A stretch of 28,251 nt of DNA, taken from IMG/VR virus record IMGVR_UViG_3300045988_167927. One strand, given 5' to 3'. Positions 25,342 to 28,251 of the stretch are shown here, piece by piece. A program made the translations under genes and the position numbers. Every line of letters starts with the position of its first letter. Within the stretch, counting starts at the first letter, position 1. This DNA is from a virus. The notes beneath the pieces are model-generated. The model was given only the letters and a program-made list of their open reading frames with translations, made no database searches and was not told where the DNA came from.

Positions 25342-25632
25342 TTAATCGTCCATCTTATCCTTGCTGTTCAATCTTGAGAGTAAATCTCCCTGCTTATCGC
25401 CGTCACTGTCGTCTGTTTTCTCCTTGCTGTTGCGCATCATTATCTCGTACATCTTGTCTCCCCTCAACTCGCTGTTGACGGTGTCGTTGAGGTAGTAGAA
25501 CATCTGCTTCAACAGTCCTACATCTGTACCCTGCTTGTTCACAGCGTCGAGGGCGTAGGTCACAAACCCCTTGAGATGGTCAATCCTGTCGTTTAAATCG
25601 TCAAAATACATTTGAATTTGATTGTCGTTCAT
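25342..25632 (-). CDS. Hypothetical acidic protein
   Basis: 96-aa ORF flanked on both sides by X repeats. Confidence 0.5.
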   Translation of the reverse strand: MNDNQIQMYFDDLNDRIDHLKGFVTYALDAVNKQGTDVGLLKQMFYYLNDTVNSELRGDKMYEIMMRNSKEKTDDSDGDKQGDLLSRLNSKDKMDD

Positions 25633-25681
25633 AATAAAATCATCTAATTTTTAAAATTCGTTTATTGTTGTTGTTTGTAGT

Positions 25682-25811
25682 GATACGCCCCGATAACGTC
25701 ATCGTCCATAGCGGAAATCCCTGCGACGCTCATATTTGCGTTCTAAGAGGCGATAATTGTTTCAAATGAGTTACTACACCACCGAGTACCCTAAAGTGTC
25801 TTAGAATCGCT
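25682..25811. repeat. Noncoding repeat family X, copy 3
   Basis: See the copy at 25206-25316. The stem CTCATATTTG / CAAATGAG is conserved while the loop between its arms differs. Confidence 0.75.
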
Positions 25812-25833
25812 CTTTGACCCCTTAAATCGAATC

Positions 25834-27267
25834 CTATGCGTTAACAACTGCCTGTCTTTTCGCTTGAATGCTCTGATAACGCTCGCATATCGCTTTTGTG
25901 TCGTCATTGGACTTGGGACTAAAGGGCACCATCCACACCTTACTCTTGAGGTAGTTGTAATCGCCGAATCTGTTCCCGTCATCGTCTGTCTCGTCACAGA
26001 GTTTGTCAAGACCAAATGCGTACTGCTCGAACGCCTTGAGGTACTTTTCCTCGTCAAACGCCTTTCCCTCGTTCTTTTCTTGGTCTAACGCTGTCTTACA
26101 GGCGTTGTATGCCTTGAGGATAACGTAGTTGAATATCTCCATCTGCTTATCGGGGAAGTGGAGCAGCGTTTTGTTCGGTGTCTCGCCTACCTTTTTTTCT
26201 TTTTTCTTTTTTTGGTTTGAGGTGGTTTTGACAGCGTCAAGTCTCTCGCTACGAATCTTATTGGTGGTTTCCCACTGCCTGTCTGACAACGAACCACATT
26301 TGAAAAGTTCTTCAAGTTGAGAGTATGCTTGCTCAGGATTGTCACCGTTGCGGAGTTCGTTCCACAGGTTGGTAATGTTTTCCTGTTTTGATGATTGGTG
26401 GGTGGTTTTGAGTGCTATACTGCCTATTGCATCGTTGATGTCATCTACGGTTGCACAGGAGTTAGTTACCATTTCAACATCTTTAGGGGTTGAGGTGGTT
26501 TCAATGGCAGGTTGAGTGTTTGAGATATGAGGGTTCCTGTCTAGTTCCTCCCATGAGATTTTCTTACTAACATCATCAAGAGGTTGAGAGAGGAAAGGAG
26601 AGGTGGTTTCTACTACGTTATCGTCACCGCCTCGGTTTGTGTCAACTCCTTCCTTTGGTTGTTCAATTTCGTTTTCCTGTTGAGGTCTGGTGCTGTCTAC
26701 TGCGAGAGGTTGAACAGAACATTCCAACTTTGAAGAAAGAGGAAGATGGTAGGAGGTTTCAGGAGCGTTCGCTGTATTGGCAGTTGAAATGTACTTCAAC
26801 TCAATGTCGTTTTCGGTTTGCGTTACAGATACGTTGTTAACAACTCCTATCCTATCCTTTCCGTTTCTGTTAATATTACCGTTATCCTTACCATTCCTAT
26901 TACTGTTAAAATTCCTATTTCTATTAATATTAATATTAAGTGTGTAAATAGATTTTTTAAGACCTAAAGTGAAACGATACGTTGACGCTGTTTTGCTCAA
27001 GTTACTGCCCTTGTTAACAACCTCAAAACAACCTTTGCGAACAAGTGATGCGACCATAATGGAAGCGGTCTTTCTACAAATACCAAGTGTATTAGTCAAT
27101 GCGGTCATAGGCATCTTGAATACACCGTCAACATTCCTATCGTCTACGCTCCAAAACCACATATAGGCATAGACACATTTCTCTGTGTTGTTTGTGAACT
27201 TGACACCGTCAGTCGGCATCATCTCAAATAGAACCTCAAGTTCATCGTTGATTTTGATTTTCTTCAT
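25834..27267 (-). CDS. Winged-helix DNA-binding protein, possible replication initiator or regulator
   Basis: 477 aa. The N-terminal segment MPMTALTNTLGICRKTASIMVASLVRKGCFEVV is wHTH-like. It is followed by an N/R-rich low-complexity linker (NININRNRNFNSNRNGKDNGNINRNGKDR, nt about 26841-26931) and a K-rich patch. Confidence 0.55.
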   Translation of the reverse strand: MKKIKINDELEVLFEMMPTDGVKFTNNTEKCVYAYMWFWSVDDRNVDGVFKMPMTALTNTLGICRKTASIMVASLVRKGCFEVVNKGSNLSKTASTYRFTLGLKKSIYTLNININRNRNFNSNRNGKDNGNINRNGKDRIGVVNNVSVTQTENDIELKYISTANTANAPETSYHLPLSSKLECSVQPLAVDSTRPQQENEIEQPKEGVDTNRGGDDNVVETTSPFLSQPLDDVSKKISWEELDRNPHISNTQPAIETTSTPKDVEMVTNSCATVDDINDAIGSIALKTTHQSSKQENITNLWNELRNGDNPEQAYSQLEELFKCGSLSDRQWETTNKIRSERLDAVKTTSNQKKKKEKKVGETPNKTLLHFPDKQMEIFNYVILKAYNACKTALDQEKNEGKAFDEEKYLKAFEQYAFGLDKLCDETDDDGNRFGDYNYLKSKVWMVPFSPKSNDDTKAICERYQSIQAKRQAVVNA

Positions 27268-27620
27268 AGTTAAAAAAGAATCCTACCAAGGAGCGGTTGC
27301 GGTCACTCCAAGGCAGGATTTTATATTATTATCTTTACCTCATCGTCAAACGGCCGCAACTCCATTTGACAGGTCTACTATGTTCTCTACTATAAATATA
27401 TAAAACTTTTAAAAAACATTCGCTCTATACTGCGGTGTTTTTCACTAAAGCATTTCTGAATAATTATTCACTATCTTCAACGCCCTGTAGTGCAAATATA
27501 GCACAATCCGTACCATATCTCAAAATTTTGTAGATTTGACAGTTTTGCCCTACGTCTATAAATACTTCAACAGAGCGAAAAAGTCATGTAATCTTCGTCA
27601 AATTGACAAGGTCTAACAAG

Positions 27621-27649
27621 CGGTATGCGGACGCTTTACAAGCGCATAC
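27621..27649. promoter_or_regulatory. Inverted repeat carrying a degenerate reverse copy of the AAAGCGT(A)CCGCATA motif
   Basis: Stem GTATGCG (27623-27629) / CGCATAC (27643-27649). The reverse complement of 27621-27637 is AAAGCGTCCGCATACCG. Lies in the divergent intergenic region. Confidence 0.45.
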
Positions 27650-28006
27650 ACTTCTATCTCGACAAAACAACCTCATGAGTTTGTTTTCCCATTTTCAACC
27701 GAAAACAGTTGAGTGCGACACATTAATATAATATATAATAGACCTATTCGAGACCCGAACACCTAACGCCTATGGGAGCAGACCCCAACCGAATACGATA
27801 CAGCGGTGAACAAATCTCATAAAACCACTTACAGATTGTAAGAAACTGACATCAACTGCCAAAACAAAATATCGACGGATAAGATAGCAGATGTACAGCA
27901 CAAGGCAAACGCCCTGCTGTTTTCTATACAAAACGCACATATCGCCCCGAACCTGACTGCCAGGGCATACAACGCTCTCAAAGACTGTTGGATTGAATTA
28001 AACCAA

Positions 28007-28251
28007 ATGGAGGTAAAGAACGGCAAGGCAGTGCCGAAGAAGCAGGAGATGATGAACGCCCTAAAAGGTCTAATCCTCAACCTACGTTCGATACAGGGCG
28101 TAACGTCTACTGTCAAAGAACTGCAATCGACGCTGAATTACGCTCTCTCAAGGGCGATAGCGTTCAAGAATGAACAGCACTCCAGTGCGGAGATTTTAGA
28201 GCGTCTGAACGCCTTAAAAACGCTTAAAAGCGATTTGGGCGATGCGTACCA
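28007..28251 (+). CDS. 5' part of the junction-spanning hypothetical protein (continues at 1-131)
   Basis: The ATG at 28007 sits in the context GAATTAAACCAAATGG, which closely resembles the start context of 7066 (GAATTAAATCAATGG). The ORF has no stop before the window end. Confidence 0.5.
   Translation, partial: MEVKNGKAVPKKQEMMNALKGLILNLRSIQGVTSTVKELQSTLNYALSRAIAFKNEQHSSAEILERLNALKTLKSDLGDAY

Noticed and set aside
27829-28116. 95-aa - strand ORF
   Set aside because: It is antisense to the better-looking junction-spanning + strand ORF and to that ORF's open upstream frame. It encodes a hydrophobic, Cys/Phe-rich sequence typical of shadow ORFs. It is not fully excluded (see the finding at 27268-28116).

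Overview
The window appears to be a complete, circularly closed genome of about 28.2 kb. Its first 55 nt (1-55) are identical to its last 55 nt (28197-28251), and one ORF reads across that junction. It looks like a small temperate siphovirus-like phage or prophage. The host assignment to Bacteroidota is inference only, based on a Bacteroides-type tyrosine integrase, BACON-like repeats, BspA/DUF285-type LRR proteins, an ECF-like sigma factor and A/T-rich start contexts without Shine-Dalgarno sequences.

Almost all genes are on the + strand:
- Early/accessory block: HNH homing endonuclease, a PD-(D/E)xK-like protein and a sigma factor split into two ORFs.
- Terminase (TerS?/TerL).
- Tail block: a chaperone-like gene with a T9 slippery run, a gp10-like protein, a BACON-repeat tail protein, a 936-aa tail/baseplate protein and the tape measure.
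- A roughly 1-kb ORF-free gap.
- Head block: XkdF-like protease/scaffold, major capsid and major tail protein.
- A decayed HNH relic and a holin-like gene, then a 423-aa LRR protein.
- Portal plus connector genes, then a 174-aa LRR paralog.
- Lysis genes: amidase plus a u-spanin-like lipoprotein.

Three genes are on the - strand: a 96-aa ORF, a 477-aa winged-helix protein and the integrase.

The most unusual item is the ORF-free, G+C-rich segment at about 15.0-15.65 kb. It has many nested complementary segments and several sequence strings that I recall from the core of phage-type (IA2) group I introns, yet it has no recognisable flanking exons.

Other notable items:
- Near-identical N- and C-terminal modules shared by the two LRR genes, plus a perfect 153-bp tandem duplication in the longer one.
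- A candidate -1 frameshift site.
- A 16-nt motif repeated exactly three times in intergenic DNA.
- A family of about 130-nt noncoding repeats.
- Iteron-like repeats.
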